A stretch of 64,000 nt of DNA from an uncultured delta proteobacterium (GTDB lineage Bacteria > Myxococcota_A > Polyangia > Polyangiales > Polyangiaceae). The notes under the pieces are model-generated. The model did no database searches. It was given only the letters and a program-made list of their open reading frames with translations, and had not been told where the DNA came from. The position numbers were made by a program, and so were the translations under genes. How positions within the stretch are numbered: the stretch's first letter is position 1; the number at the start of each line of letters is the position of its first letter. The stretch is from contig CAWKKR010000006.1 of the NCBI GenBank assembly GCA_963850305.1, positions 192,001 to 256,000 of the forward strand, read 5' to 3'. This document shows positions 29,690-41,029 of the stretch, in pieces.

Positions 29690-31360
29690 CTAGGGGGGCG
29701 TTTCGATACGCTGACGTGACACGAGCAACGCTTGCGACGACCCTGCGCTGGCTCGCGCTTCAATTCGAATTGCCAGGGGAGTCGTGGTGCCGAGAGAACA
29801 CGCGGTGGCGAGTGCAGAATAGGTGCCCCGAGAGAACGCTACCTCGCTCTTGTCGTCCGAGTTCACGAGGCGCAAATCGGCGCCCTCCGCGCCTGAACTC
29901 AAGCCGAGAGCGACGTCCACGCATCGCCCCGCCGGGATACGCAACTCGTCCGCAGAAGTCGTCTCCGGCGAGAGAGTGAGCACGCGAACCGGAAGAGCTT
30001 TGCTCGAGACATCCAGTCGTCCAGCCGCATCAAGTCGCATCAGCGCACGGGCCGCCGCAACAGGGTGGTCACGGAAAATCGCGGGGGCGTCGAGAGTCGG
30101 ACGGACCTCAACGGCGAAGGGCCCGGCGCGCACAGCCGACTCGATGTCCACGCGAGCCCGCCCGGACTCGCACCCGAACAACGTGGCCCGTGCCCCGCCA
30201 TCATCGTGGGCGACGAGCGAGCCTCGCGCGGACCATAGCCACGCCTCGACGCCGGTGGAGGGCGCGCCCGGGACCACGTCGACGCGCGAGCAGCCTGCCG
30301 GCAAATCGACATCCAGACTCGATCGCTTTCCAACGACCGTCGTACCCGTCCGGATCGAAACCGGAGGAGCATACCCCTGCCGTGAAAGCGCGCCGGCGAG
30401 TGTGCGCTCAGCCTGGTCGAGTGAAGTCGGAGGGTTCGGGTTTCGGAGAATGACGGTTCCAGGTGCGTCCAGGGATTGAGGATCATCGACGAGGGACGTG
30501 ACGACCGCCGCGAGGCCGCGGCCTGCGCGTGCCTGGAGCTCCAGCGTGATCTCGGCGGGCACCTCCGAGCAGACGACTGCTGCCTGCACGCCGACGTCCG
30601 ACGGCGCGCGGCCGAGGATGCGGCCTTCGGAGTCGAGCACGGTGAGCTCTAGGAACGCTACCTCGTCCGAGGGAACCACGAGAATGTCGACGCACTGGTG
30701 TGATCCGACCGACGCGGAAATTCGGGTCGGCATTCTGGGGTCGACGGGCACCGCACTGCGCTGAACGTCGCGAAACTGGCCTCTGAGCTGTTGTCTGTGC
30801 AAGCCGATTGCAGCGTCGAGGCCGGGCCAGCCGTCGTCATTCAGCCGCTCCTGGCCAGGTGTTCCCTCCACGCCCATCGCGCTAGCCACGATGTTAGCCA
30901 ACCGGGGTGCGACCATTTGCATCGATACGGCAAACAGGCCATGCCCCGACGCAACCCGTCCGAAAGCGTACAGGCGTTCTGGGTGTGGAGGACAGATCAC
31001 GACGTTAGCGGTCCGGTTCGAAGTCTCGTCTTCGCCGAGGACGGTGCCGTCGTCCGAGTAGACGAACAGATCGAGATCCTCGACGGCCTTCCCTCCTCTT
31101 GCCATGAAGAGAGCGCAATCGACGTTCGTGACGGTCGCTCGTCCGCCGAGATTGTCGCCCGGCGCGCCGGCGCCTGTGGCCAAGATCGCAAATGGTCCCG
31201 CGCCGGCAGCGCGCGCCCTCGCGGCGTCCGCGGCGATGAGTCGAGCACCTTCGGATTCCAGTGGCTCCTGTCCGGGAACCCGCGGATAAAGTGTGGCGCC
31301 GCGGGGTCGCGCGCACCCGACGACGAAGGCGACCAGCGCAATCGCGCCGACGAGTCTCAC
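29690..31360 (-). CDS. Hypothetical lipoprotein with repeated Cys-containing modules
   Basis: VVGC lipobox; DLDLFVYSDDG.VL..D-type modules. Confidence 0.7.
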   Translation of the reverse strand: MRLVGAIALVAFVVGCARPRGATLYPRVPGQEPLESEGARLIAADAARARAAGAGPFAILATGAGAPGDNLGGRATVTNVDCALFMARGGKAVEDLDLFVYSDDGTVLGEDETSNRTANVVICPPHPERLYAFGRVASGHGLFAVSMQMVAPRLANIVASAMGVEGTPGQERLNDDGWPGLDAAIGLHRQQLRGQFRDVQRSAVPVDPRMPTRISASVGSHQCVDILVVPSDEVAFLELTVLDSEGRILGRAPSDVGVQAAVVCSEVPAEITLELQARAGRGLAAVVTSLVDDPQSLDAPGTVILRNPNPPTSLDQAERTLAGALSRQGYAPPVSIRTGTTVVGKRSSLDVDLPAGCSRVDVVPGAPSTGVEAWLWSARGSLVAHDDGGARATLFGCESGRARVDIESAVRAGPFAVEVRPTLDAPAIFRDHPVAAARALMRLDAAGRLDVSSKALPVRVLTLSPETTSADELRIPAGRCVDVALGLSSGAEGADLRLVNSDDKSEVAFSRGTYSALATACSLGTTTPLAIRIEARASAGSSQALLVSRQRIETPP

Positions 31361-32622
31361 GGAACGACCTCGCCCAGCCTGGTTCGCCCGGCGGCCCACA
31401 TGCCGAGCACCCACGACGGCACTCCGTCTCCACGGACATCGACATCCAGGCTCGCGTGCTCCTCGGCACCGACGCAGAACGCCACGACCGCCGCGAGAGA
31501 CGTGTCGTCCGTGTGGGAGATGGCGCTTGCCGCTCCGGCGGTCGCCTGAAGCGACGCGAACCGCACACCATCTTCGAGTGGCGCGAGTCCTGCGAGGTAG
31601 CATTCCCCGGGCACCGTTTCGATCCGGATCCGGTCGATGAACCCCGCGCCAAGGGATTCAAACACGGGCGAGCCGCTCAACGAGTGCACGTTGAGCTGGT
31701 CGAGGGCCTTGGCCATGCGAGCTCGTGGTGCCGGGCCCCAGCGCTCAGGCAACCCGACGGGCAGCTCTTGTCTAGCCCGAATGACGAGCACGGGAGCCTT
31801 TGGGGCGCTGCCCGCAAACGAGAGCATCGCAAAGGTGTGACGCGCCGTGCAGGCGAAGAGCGTCGCGTCAGGACTATCCGTGCGGTCGGCTGCTGCCGTG
31901 TCCCCGGAAGTCCAGTCGAGTTCGGCGTCTATATCCCGAGAAGAATCGTCCTTGGTGGCGACGGCGAGCGCCGCGATGTGGTGGCAGCCGGGGGCAAGAT
32001 CGAGCAAAAACCGGCCTCCTCCTGTGCGGTCCGAGTCGACCAATCGCCGCTCCACTTCGATTCCGCCCGCGTCGCGGAACGCTCGCTCCACGGCATCGGC
32101 ACGATCCGAGAGCGGCGCGGGAAGAGGAAGCGGCCCGGGGTCGACCGGTGGAGGGACGGCCCCCAGGTCGCGGTGCGGCAAAAGGTTGCGGATGCTGGGC
32201 AGTGGAGCGGATGACAGGGCCACGACCGTCTCGATCACGGCACGCGGCGAACGCATCTCGATCGACAGGTCTGCAAGTGACGCGCGCTCCGCTCCGCACA
32301 TCGATATCTCCGCAGCGCCCGCCGCGCTCGGAAAGAAGTCATCATCTCGAGATGTCGCGAGGCGCAGAGCGAACGACGTCGACAGCGCCCCGAACACGGC
32401 GATCGTCGTGCAGCCGCGGACATGATCATCCGACGCTTCCGGCGGTAGAGGCAACGGCGTGACGGTGCCCCCCGCGTAGAAGCGCGGCCGCAACACGTGA
32501 ACCACGGCGTCGGCACGAAACCGTGCGACCACGCGGTCAACGTCGTCCGCGATTCCCACGGATGCGCGCGAAGTCACGGTCGCCAGGAAGATCGCGGCGG
32601 CGACCGGACGCCCCGTCTTCAC
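31357..32622 (-). CDS. Hypothetical exported protein with similar modules
   Basis: Signal peptide; L.PGC..., DIDAEL..., overlapping start/stop codons with both neighbours. Confidence 0.7.
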   Translation of the reverse strand: MKTGRPVAAAIFLATVTSRASVGIADDVDRVVARFRADAVVHVLRPRFYAGGTVTPLPLPPEASDDHVRGCTTIAVFGALSTSFALRLATSRDDDFFPSAAGAAEISMCGAERASLADLSIEMRSPRAVIETVVALSSAPLPSIRNLLPHRDLGAVPPPVDPGPLPLPAPLSDRADAVERAFRDAGGIEVERRLVDSDRTGGGRFLLDLAPGCHHIAALAVATKDDSSRDIDAELDWTSGDTAAADRTDSPDATLFACTARHTFAMLSFAGSAPKAPVLVIRARQELPVGLPERWGPAPRARMAKALDQLNVHSLSGSPVFESLGAGFIDRIRIETVPGECYLAGLAPLEDGVRFASLQATAGAASAISHTDDTSLAAVVAFCVGAEEHASLDVDVRGDGVPSWVLGMWAAGRTRLGEVVP

Positions 32623-33137
32623 TCTTCGACCCGATCGAACGGAGCTTCGATGAAACGCCGCTCTCCTTCGTCCCAGATGAAGAGCCGATGCGCGGTGACC
32701 TCTCCTCGGTCGACGGCGGTCACGAGATAGGCAAGCTCGTACGCGGGCGAATTTCCTTCACCCATGGTCATGCTCGCCGCATCCTCGGCACTGAAATACG
32801 CGCCGCAGTCGAGGTGCGAGTGGAAAAAGACCTTGATCGGTCGTCCACGGGCCACGCCGTCCGCGAGCGCACGTTCGAACTTGAGCGCGTTGATCTTGAA
32901 GTACTCCCTCCCCGTCCGGGGGTGAGATTCGGGGTCCACGCGGTGGTATTTGTTGGCGAGATTTTCCAGTTCCACGGCCTGATCGGCAAGGAGCGCGTCT
33001 TCGGCCGGGCCCGCCACGAACCCGCACGCCTCCTCGTCGCGGGCGTATGCCTCGCGACCTGCGTGTTCGATCGCACGCAGAGCAGACGCTACGATTCGGA
33101 CGCCGCCGTTCGTCCATGGGGGCTTGGGCGTCACCAT
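32619..33137 (-). CDS. JAMM/MPN+ metallopeptidase (Mec-like)
   Basis: EEACG, FFHSH....AYFS.ED. Confidence 0.9.
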   Translation of the reverse strand: MVTPKPPWTNGGVRIVASALRAIEHAGREAYARDEEACGFVAGPAEDALLADQAVELENLANKYHRVDPESHPRTGREYFKINALKFERALADGVARGRPIKVFFHSHLDCGAYFSAEDAASMTMGEGNSPAYELAYLVTAVDRGEVTAHRLFIWDEGERRFIEAPFDRVEE

Positions 33138-34051
33138 ACGTACTTCTTCTCCCATTTCATCGGAGCAAAGTAGCGATCGCCACGATCGCAGGCGATCGTC
33201 ACGACGCAACCTGGCTCTCCATTCGCGTGCAGACCCTCCGCGATCCGCACCGCGGCGAACACGTTCGCACCGGTGGAGTGCCCGACGAACAGCCCCTCTT
33301 CGCTCGCGAGCCGATCCGTCATGTCCCAGCCCTCGTCCGTCGTCACGAAGCCGATTTCGTCGGGCACGTGAGGATCGTAAATCTCGGGGACGATGCTCGA
33401 AGCCAGGTGCTTCAGGCCCTCGAGGCCGTGTAGGGCTTCGGCGGGTTCGATCGAGACACAGTGGACGCGACGGTGGTGCTCGTGGAGGCGGCGCGTCGTC
33501 CCCATCATGGTGCCGCTCGTACCGAGTCCCGTGACGAAATGCGTGATCCGATCGCCGAGAGCGTCCAGGATCTCCACGCCGGTGCCGTGGTAGTGGGCGA
33601 GGGGATTCGATGGGTTCGAGTACTGATCGGGGTAGAAGTACTTCTCCGGATTCTTCGCGACGATCTCGCGCACGAGGCGGATCGCGCCGTCGGAGCCCTC
33701 CATCGGATCGCTGAAGATGAGCTCCGTGCCGAAGGCCTGGGCAATGTCCTTTCGCGCCTTGGTCACGTTTTTCGGCATCACGAGCTGCACGCGCATCCCG
33801 AGCGCGGCACCGATGAGGGAATACGCAACGCCGGTATTCCCGCTGGTCGAGTCAATCAGGATCTTCTGCGACGTCAACTGCCCGCGCTCGAGCGCGTCTT
33901 GCATCATCCGGAGAGCGGGTCGATCTTTTACCGATCCCCCGGGGTTAGCGAATTCGAGCTTCAGATACACCTCGACCGAAGGTGCGCTGCGGGCAATGTT
34001 CTCGAGACGCAGCAGCGGCGTGTTGCCGATCGCGTCGATCACCGACGACAT
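33131..34051 (-). CDS. cysM: PLP-dependent cysteine synthase (CysM type)
   Basis: IGNTPL, NPGGSVKDR, TSGNTG, GTSGT. Confidence 0.85.
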   Translation of the reverse strand: MSSVIDAIGNTPLLRLENIARSAPSVEVYLKLEFANPGGSVKDRPALRMMQDALERGQLTSQKILIDSTSGNTGVAYSLIGAALGMRVQLVMPKNVTKARKDIAQAFGTELIFSDPMEGSDGAIRLVREIVAKNPEKYFYPDQYSNPSNPLAHYHGTGVEILDALGDRITHFVTGLGTSGTMMGTTRRLHEHHRRVHCVSIEPAEALHGLEGLKHLASSIVPEIYDPHVPDEIGFVTTDEGWDMTDRLASEEGLFVGHSTGANVFAAVRIAEGLHANGEPGCVVTIACDRGDRYFAPMKWEKKYVW

Positions 34052-34077
34052 GCGGCGCGAGCGAACGAATCGCGGTT

Positions 34078-34368
34078 TCAATGCACGCCTAGCCTCAGTG
34101 TGTGCCGCAGGTGTCGGAGTGCATGCCAGGCGCCCGCCGCGATCTCGCGAGACGCCTGGAAGTGAAACCGGCTCCCGTGCACGAACGCGTCCTCGCCACG
34201 GGCCGGTCGCAGTTCTGCTGCCGGCACGCCGGCACGCTCGAGATAGAGGAGCGCTATCAGGCCGCCTTCGGGATCGCGGAGGATCGCAGGGGTGCGTTCG
34301 ATGCGTGCCTGGCCCTCGGCACCCACCTCAGGCAGACGGCGATGACGGTCGTACCGGTCGTCGTTCAT
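34078..34368 (-). CDS. Small protein resembling a degenerate MoeB N-terminus
   Basis: RYDRH..LPEVG.EGQ.RI, YLERAGV; no GxGxxG motif. Confidence 0.65.
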   Translation of the reverse strand: MNDDRYDRHRRLPEVGAEGQARIERTPAILRDPEGGLIALLYLERAGVPAAELRPARGEDAFVHGSRFHFQASREIAAGAWHALRHLRHTLRLGVH

Positions 34369-34640
34369 CCGCCACCGGCGATCGCGGGCACGATGCTGAT
34401 CTCTTCACCGCCTTTTAGCGCCGTCGCCAGTCCGTCGAGGAAGCGGATGTCCTCGTCGCCGACGTAGATGTTCACGAAGCGTCGCACGCCCTTTTCGTCG
34501 AGTAACCTGTCGCGAACGCCGGGGTGCTTTTTCTCGAGATTGTCGATCGCCTGCTGGACGGTCGTCCCTTCGGTGGTGACCTGTTCTTCGCCTCCGGTGA
34601 GGGTTCGGAGGGGCGTCGGGATACGAATCGTGATGGCCAT
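34365..34640 (-). CDS. MoaD/CysO-type ubiquitin-like sulfur carrier
   Basis: IPTPLR, RRFVNIYV..EDIRFL.GL.T, PAIAGGG*. Confidence 0.95.
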   Translation of the reverse strand: MAITIRIPTPLRTLTGGEEQVTTEGTTVQQAIDNLEKKHPGVRDRLLDEKGVRRFVNIYVGDEDIRFLDGLATALKGGEEISIVPAIAGGG

Positions 34641-34665
34641 TGGGCTGTCTCCTTGTTCGATCGAC

Positions 34666-35412
34666 TCAAGCGGCGCAGCTTGCGCCCGTGTACCTCGTCT
34701 CGTCGATGCCGAAAATGCGTGCGCGCGGGTCCGCAAAGCGGGCAGTTGCAGCGAGCGGTCACCGGAACCTCCCGGAGCGGTCCGAGATCCCGTCGTAGGT
34801 GTGGATCGTTCCCGCGGCCGTCGAGATCATCGACCGCGATCCGGAGCGCGAGATCAGCCATCAGCGCGCCGGCGATGTCCGACGACGGGCGCCATCACGC
34901 CCGGCTCCCGCGCAGCTCGGCTGAGCCTCTCCGTCCGGCAGATCCTCGAACAGGCAACGGTAGCAGGGCTCGCCGCGTGCGCCGACGGCCCAGCGCCGTG
35001 GCGCGAAAGCGCACCGCCGACGCGTGCACCACCGGGCGCTCCTCGAGCCGGCACGCATCCGCCGTCAGAAACTTCGTTGCGAAATTGTCCGCGCCTTCGA
35101 GCACGACGTCGTACCGAGCGAACGAGCGCGCGAGCGTTCTCCGGCAGGAGCCGCGTCGCGAACGAGCTCGATGCGGGTCCCAGGAGACCGCCGGGCTAGT
35201 GCGCGTTCGCGCCGCCACCAGTTTCGGCTGCCCGACGTCGTCGTCGTCGAAGAGGATCTGCCGGTGCAGATTCGTGAGGTCGACGAGGTCGTCGTCGCAC
35301 GAGCACGAGTCGCCCGACGCCCGCGCGCAGCGAGCGCGAGCGCCGCCGGGCAGCCGAGTCCGCCGATGCCGACGACGAGCACGCTCGTCGCCCGGAGCCG
35401 CGTCCGAATCAC
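34666..35412 (-). pseudogene. moeB: ThiF/MoeB adenylyltransferase with multiple frameshifts
   Basis: [37 protein letters not shown] spread over several frames. Confidence 0.8.
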
Positions 35413-36376
35413 GAGCTGAAGTACTCATCGAGGCTGAAATAGCGCTCTCCGGTGTCGGCAGGCACGCGTGACGACGTTTTGCCCGGCCCGAGCTCGCGCG
35501 CCACCGTCCAGCGCCACGGCCATGGCCGCGCCGGAGCTGATGCCGACGAGCAGCCCTGCGTTCGCGAGCCAGACGGCGCGTCATTCGATAAGCAGTGTCG
35601 TCGGTGACCGTGCTTACTTCGTCGACGATGCTCGCATCGTAGTTGCGCGGGACGAACCCCGCCGCCGAGTCCCTGGATCTTCGTCGGCCCGCGTTCGTCG
35701 CGCGAGATCGTGGCGCACGACTCGGGCTCGACCGCGACGACGCGGCACGCGCGATTCGCTTCCTTCAAACGTCGGCCGACCCCGCTCACCGTGCCGCCTG
35801 TGCCACGCCCGCGACGAACGCATCCACGCGAGATCCCCCATGGCATGGAGAATCTCGGGCGCCGGTCGTTTCGTAGTGGGCGGCCGGGTTCACGGGGTTG
35901 TCGAACTGCTGCGGCATGAAGACGTCGCTGCTCTCCTTCGCGATCTGCTCGGCCCGCTGGATGGCGCCGGCCATCTGATCCTCTTCCGGCGTGAGCACGA
36001 CCTCCGCACCGAGCGCGCTGAGCAGAGCTGCGTCGCTCGAGGCTCATGCTTGCGGGCATCGTGAGAACGCAGCTGTAGCCCCGCGCGCGCGGCGACGAGC
36101 GAAAGACCGATGCCCGTGTTGCCGCTCGTCGGTTCCAGCACGATCCCGCCCTTGCGCAGCTGTCCCAGTGCGTTCAGCCTCGTCGATCATCGCCAGGCAG
36201 ATCCGGTCCTTGACCGAGCCGCCCGGGTTGAAAAACTCACCCTTGGCCCAGAGCGCCGCACGCGGCTCTTCCCGGTCCAGCTGGATCTCGAAGAGCGGCG
36301 TGTCACCAACGAGCTCGAGCAAGCTTCCGTAAACACACGGGTGATCGGGGAGGGGGGGCAATCGTGACGTCGGCAT
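35409..36376 (-). pseudogene. cysK: Cysteine synthase A with multiple frameshifts
   Basis: VGDTPL, NPGGSVKDR, EPTSGNTGIGL, MPQQF.NP.NP..H..TT, KIQGLG, DTGERY across frames. Confidence 0.8.
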
Positions 36377-36386
36377 CGGGGGCGCC

Positions 36387-36839
36387 TCAGATGACATAGA
36401 CCTGCCGATTCGCCCCGGGGCGAGGGACGCCGAGCTCTTCTGCCCTTCCGCAGATGTCTGCGATCGTCACCTTGTCGAAGCAGCGCTGGATCTCCCCCGA
36501 CAGTTCGCGAAAGACGGCGTCCGTCACGCGTCGCGACGAGGACGTCCTGTCGGCTCCGGCGCCGTCCTCGGCCAGGGCGATCGGGCCCTCCAGGGCGCGA
36601 ATCACATCTCCGACCCCGATGTGATTCGCCCCGCGGGCCAGGTTGTAGCCGCCTTGCGGACCTCGCTTCGACGCGACGATTCCCGCACGCTTCAGGTCCT
36701 GAAAGATCTGCTCCAGAAACCGTGGCGGGATGTTCTGACGCTCCGCGATGTCTTTCACCTGCGTGGGCTGGCCCTCGTTGTAAAAGGCGATGTCGAAGAG
36801 CGCTCGAACCGCATAACGGCCTTTCTTCGAGAGCTTCAC
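36387..36839 (-). CDS. Rrf2-family regulator (CymR-like)
   Basis: KGRYAVRAL, FLEQI, S.RG..GGY.L, DVIRALEG. Confidence 0.9.
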   Translation of the reverse strand: MKLSKKGRYAVRALFDIAFYNEGQPTQVKDIAERQNIPPRFLEQIFQDLKRAGIVASKRGPQGGYNLARGANHIGVGDVIRALEGPIALAEDGAGADRTSSSRRVTDAVFRELSGEIQRCFDKVTIADICGRAEELGVPRPGANRQVYVI

Positions 36840-36900
36840 GTCCTCGGGTATGCATTTCCACATCGGAAATGTCAAGAACAGGCCCTCTCGGCCCGTGGCT

Positions 36901-38661
<1,761 letters not shown>

Positions 38662-38824
38662 CCTGGCTCGCGACCGTCGGGGCGGCCCCCGGGGTCCGCG
38701 ACCGTACGGGACGGCCGCGGGACGGTCAACTGCTCTGCCCCGCGTTTCCACGAGCATCCAGGGAACCCCCAAAAAACACGGCAAGCTGCCCGTGCCCCGC
38801 CGATGTAGTACACCCGGGGCGAGC

Positions 38825-40255
38825 ATGGCGCGGTTTCATATCGTCACCTTCGGGTGCCAGATGAATCAGCACGACTCCGAGCGGCTGACCGAGGTCATGC
38901 GCTCCGCGGGCCACGAACAGGCGAGTGGGCTCGAGCACGCGGACATCGTTCTTCTCAACACGTGCAGCGTGCGCGAGAAAGCCGAGCACAAGCTGAGAAG
39001 CGAGGTCGGACGTCTATCGCTCCTGAAGCACGAGCGTCCGGGGCTCGTCATCGGCGTTGCGGGATGCGTAGCGCAGCAGGAGGGGGCGCGGCTTCTCGGC
39101 GGAATGCCGCACGTCAATCTCGTCGTCGGCCCGGACAACATCGCGGAACTTCCGGCCTTGCTCATGGATGCCGAACCGGGAGTGCCACGGGTCCGCACCG
39201 AGTTCGACCTCGCCGCGCCGAAGTTTCTCCAGGCGGCGCCGGAACCGGGCAGAGCCGGGCCGACCGCTTACGTCACGGTGATGAAAGGATGCAACGAGCG
39301 CTGTTCGTTCTGCATCGTACCGACCACGCGCGGGCCGGAGCGGTACCGCGGCTCGAGCGAGATCCTCGCCGAGGTGCGCCGTCTCGTCGCGGCCGGCGTG
39401 CGCGAGGTCACGCTCCTCGGTCAGACCGTGAACAGCTATCGCGACCCCGAGCATGCGCTTCCGGTCGCGCCGCTCGCGGGGGAAGACGCGCGGCGGCGAC
39501 GAAAGATCGCTCCCGAGGACGAGACCGAATTTCCTGCGCTCCTCCGCGCGATCGCGCGGGCGGAACCTGGACTTCTCCGGCTCCGGTACACGAGCCCGCA
39601 TCCGCGCCATCTCACCCCCGCGCTCGTCCGCGCGCACGCCGAGCTTCCCGTGCTCGCACGCCACGTGCACATGCCGGTCCAGTCCGGCAGCGACCGCGTC
39701 TTGAAGCGGATGATTCGCCGCTATTCGGTCGAAGAATACGTCGAGCGCGTCGGCTTGCTCCTGGAAGAGCTGCCGGCGCTGACCCTGTCGACCGACGTGA
39801 TCGTCGGATTCCCAGGTGAAACCGATGGAGACTTTGCAGCCACGCTCGCATTGGTCGAGCGCGTGGGGTTCGTCAACGTCTTCGGTTTCAAGTATTCGGT
39901 GCGTCCTTACACGCCCGCGCTCAAGCTGGGCGATGACGTCCCCGAGTCGGAGAAAGCGACGCGTCTTGCCGCACTCTTTCGTCTCGCGGAAGCTCAGAAG
40001 CTCCGGCATCTCGAGAGCCTCGTCGGGTCTCGCGCGTGCGTGCTCGTCGAGGGGCGCGGCAAGAACGACCTTTACACGGGCCGGACGGAGAGAAACGAGA
40101 TCGTGCATCTCGGCTCGGACTCGGATCCCACCGGGCATATGTTGGACGTCGTGATTCGTCGCGCCTTCAAGAATTCGCTCGAGGCCGAACCCCTCTCCGA
40201 GCGGCGCCACGCGCCTCGCGCGAGCATTGAGCGGCGTTCGCTGCCGGTCGTCTGA
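38825..40255 (+). CDS. miaB: tRNA i6A37 methylthiotransferase
   Basis: TFGCQMN..DSE, CNERCSFC, TRAM domain. Confidence 0.95.
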   Translation: MARFHIVTFGCQMNQHDSERLTEVMRSAGHEQASGLEHADIVLLNTCSVREKAEHKLRSEVGRLSLLKHERPGLVIGVAGCVAQQEGARLLGGMPHVNLVVGPDNIAELPALLMDAEPGVPRVRTEFDLAAPKFLQAAPEPGRAGPTAYVTVMKGCNERCSFCIVPTTRGPERYRGSSEILAEVRRLVAAGVREVTLLGQTVNSYRDPEHALPVAPLAGEDARRRRKIAPEDETEFPALLRAIARAEPGLLRLRYTSPHPRHLTPALVRAHAELPVLARHVHMPVQSGSDRVLKRMIRRYSVEEYVERVGLLLEELPALTLSTDVIVGFPGETDGDFAATLALVERVGFVNVFGFKYSVRPYTPALKLGDDVPESEKATRLAALFRLAEAQKLRHLESLVGSRACVLVEGRGKNDLYTGRTERNEIVHLGSDSDPTGHMLDVVIRRAFKNSLEAEPLSERRHAPRASIERRSLPVV

Positions 40256-40767
40256 TGCCGCTCATCAAGCCTTATCAGGGAAAGTGGCCCGAGATCGCGG
40301 AGGATGCCTTCATCGCCGAGAACGCGACGATCATCGGCGACGTCACGGTCGGCCCCGGCGCGAGCGTCTGGTACGGGGTGGTCCTCCGGGGCGACGTCGG
40401 TTACATCCACATCGGTGCGGGGACGAACGTGCAGGACCTCGCCTGCGTGCACACGACCGGCGGCGTCTCGAACGCGGACATCGGGGAGTACGTCACCATC
40501 GGACACGGCGCCATCATCCATGGCGCCAGGATCGGGGACGGTTGCCTCGTCGGGATGGGCTCGATCATCCTCGATAACGCGGACATCGGAGTCGAATCGC
40601 TCGTTGCCGCTGGCAGCGTCGTGACGCCGCGGACCGTCGTTCCCGCCCGTTCACTGGTCCGGGGTCAGCCCGGCAAGGTCGCGCGGGAGCTCGGGGAGGG
40701 GGAGTGGATGCAGGGACGCGCCAGCGCTCATTACTATGTGGAACTCGCGCGTGCGCATCGCGTATGA
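40255..40767 (+). CDS. Gamma carbonic anhydrase family protein
   Basis: Hexapeptide repeats, LRGD, NVQD, TIGH. Confidence 0.9.
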   Translation: MPLIKPYQGKWPEIAEDAFIAENATIIGDVTVGPGASVWYGVVLRGDVGYIHIGAGTNVQDLACVHTTGGVSNADIGEYVTIGHGAIIHGARIGDGCLVGMGSIILDNADIGVESLVAAGSVVTPRTVVPARSLVRGQPGKVARELGEGEWMQGRASAHYYVELARAHRV

Positions 40768-40775
40768 GAACGGAA

Positions 40776-40976
40776 TCAGCCCCCGCCGACGAAATGGACG
40801 ATCTCCAGCACGTCACCCAGCATCAGAGCCGTGGTGGCGTGGGTTGCGCGCGGGACGACTTCGCGATTGCGCTCCACCGCCACGGGCCCGTCCGTGAGCT
40901 TCAGATGTTCCACGAGTCCGCGGACCGTCAGGCCGTCGGGAATGTCGAGGTCCTCGCCGTTCACCGTCACTCGCAT
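40776..40976 (-). CDS. thiS: Sulfur carrier ThiS
   Basis: [27 protein letters not shown]. Confidence 0.9.
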   Translation of the reverse strand: MRVTVNGEDLDIPDGLTVRGLVEHLKLTDGPVAVERNREVVPRATHATTALMLGDVLEIVHFVGGG

Positions 40977-41029
40977 GGCTCCCGGAGCGTAGCACCCTGC
41001 CTCTCTTTCCGGTGTTAGAGCTGCGCCAG

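Noticed and set aside
32619..35412. CBASS/Bil-type ubiquitin-like antiphage system (E1, Ubl, JAB)
   Set aside because: No E2 or cyclase; the cysteine synthases and Rrf2 point to sulfur metabolism
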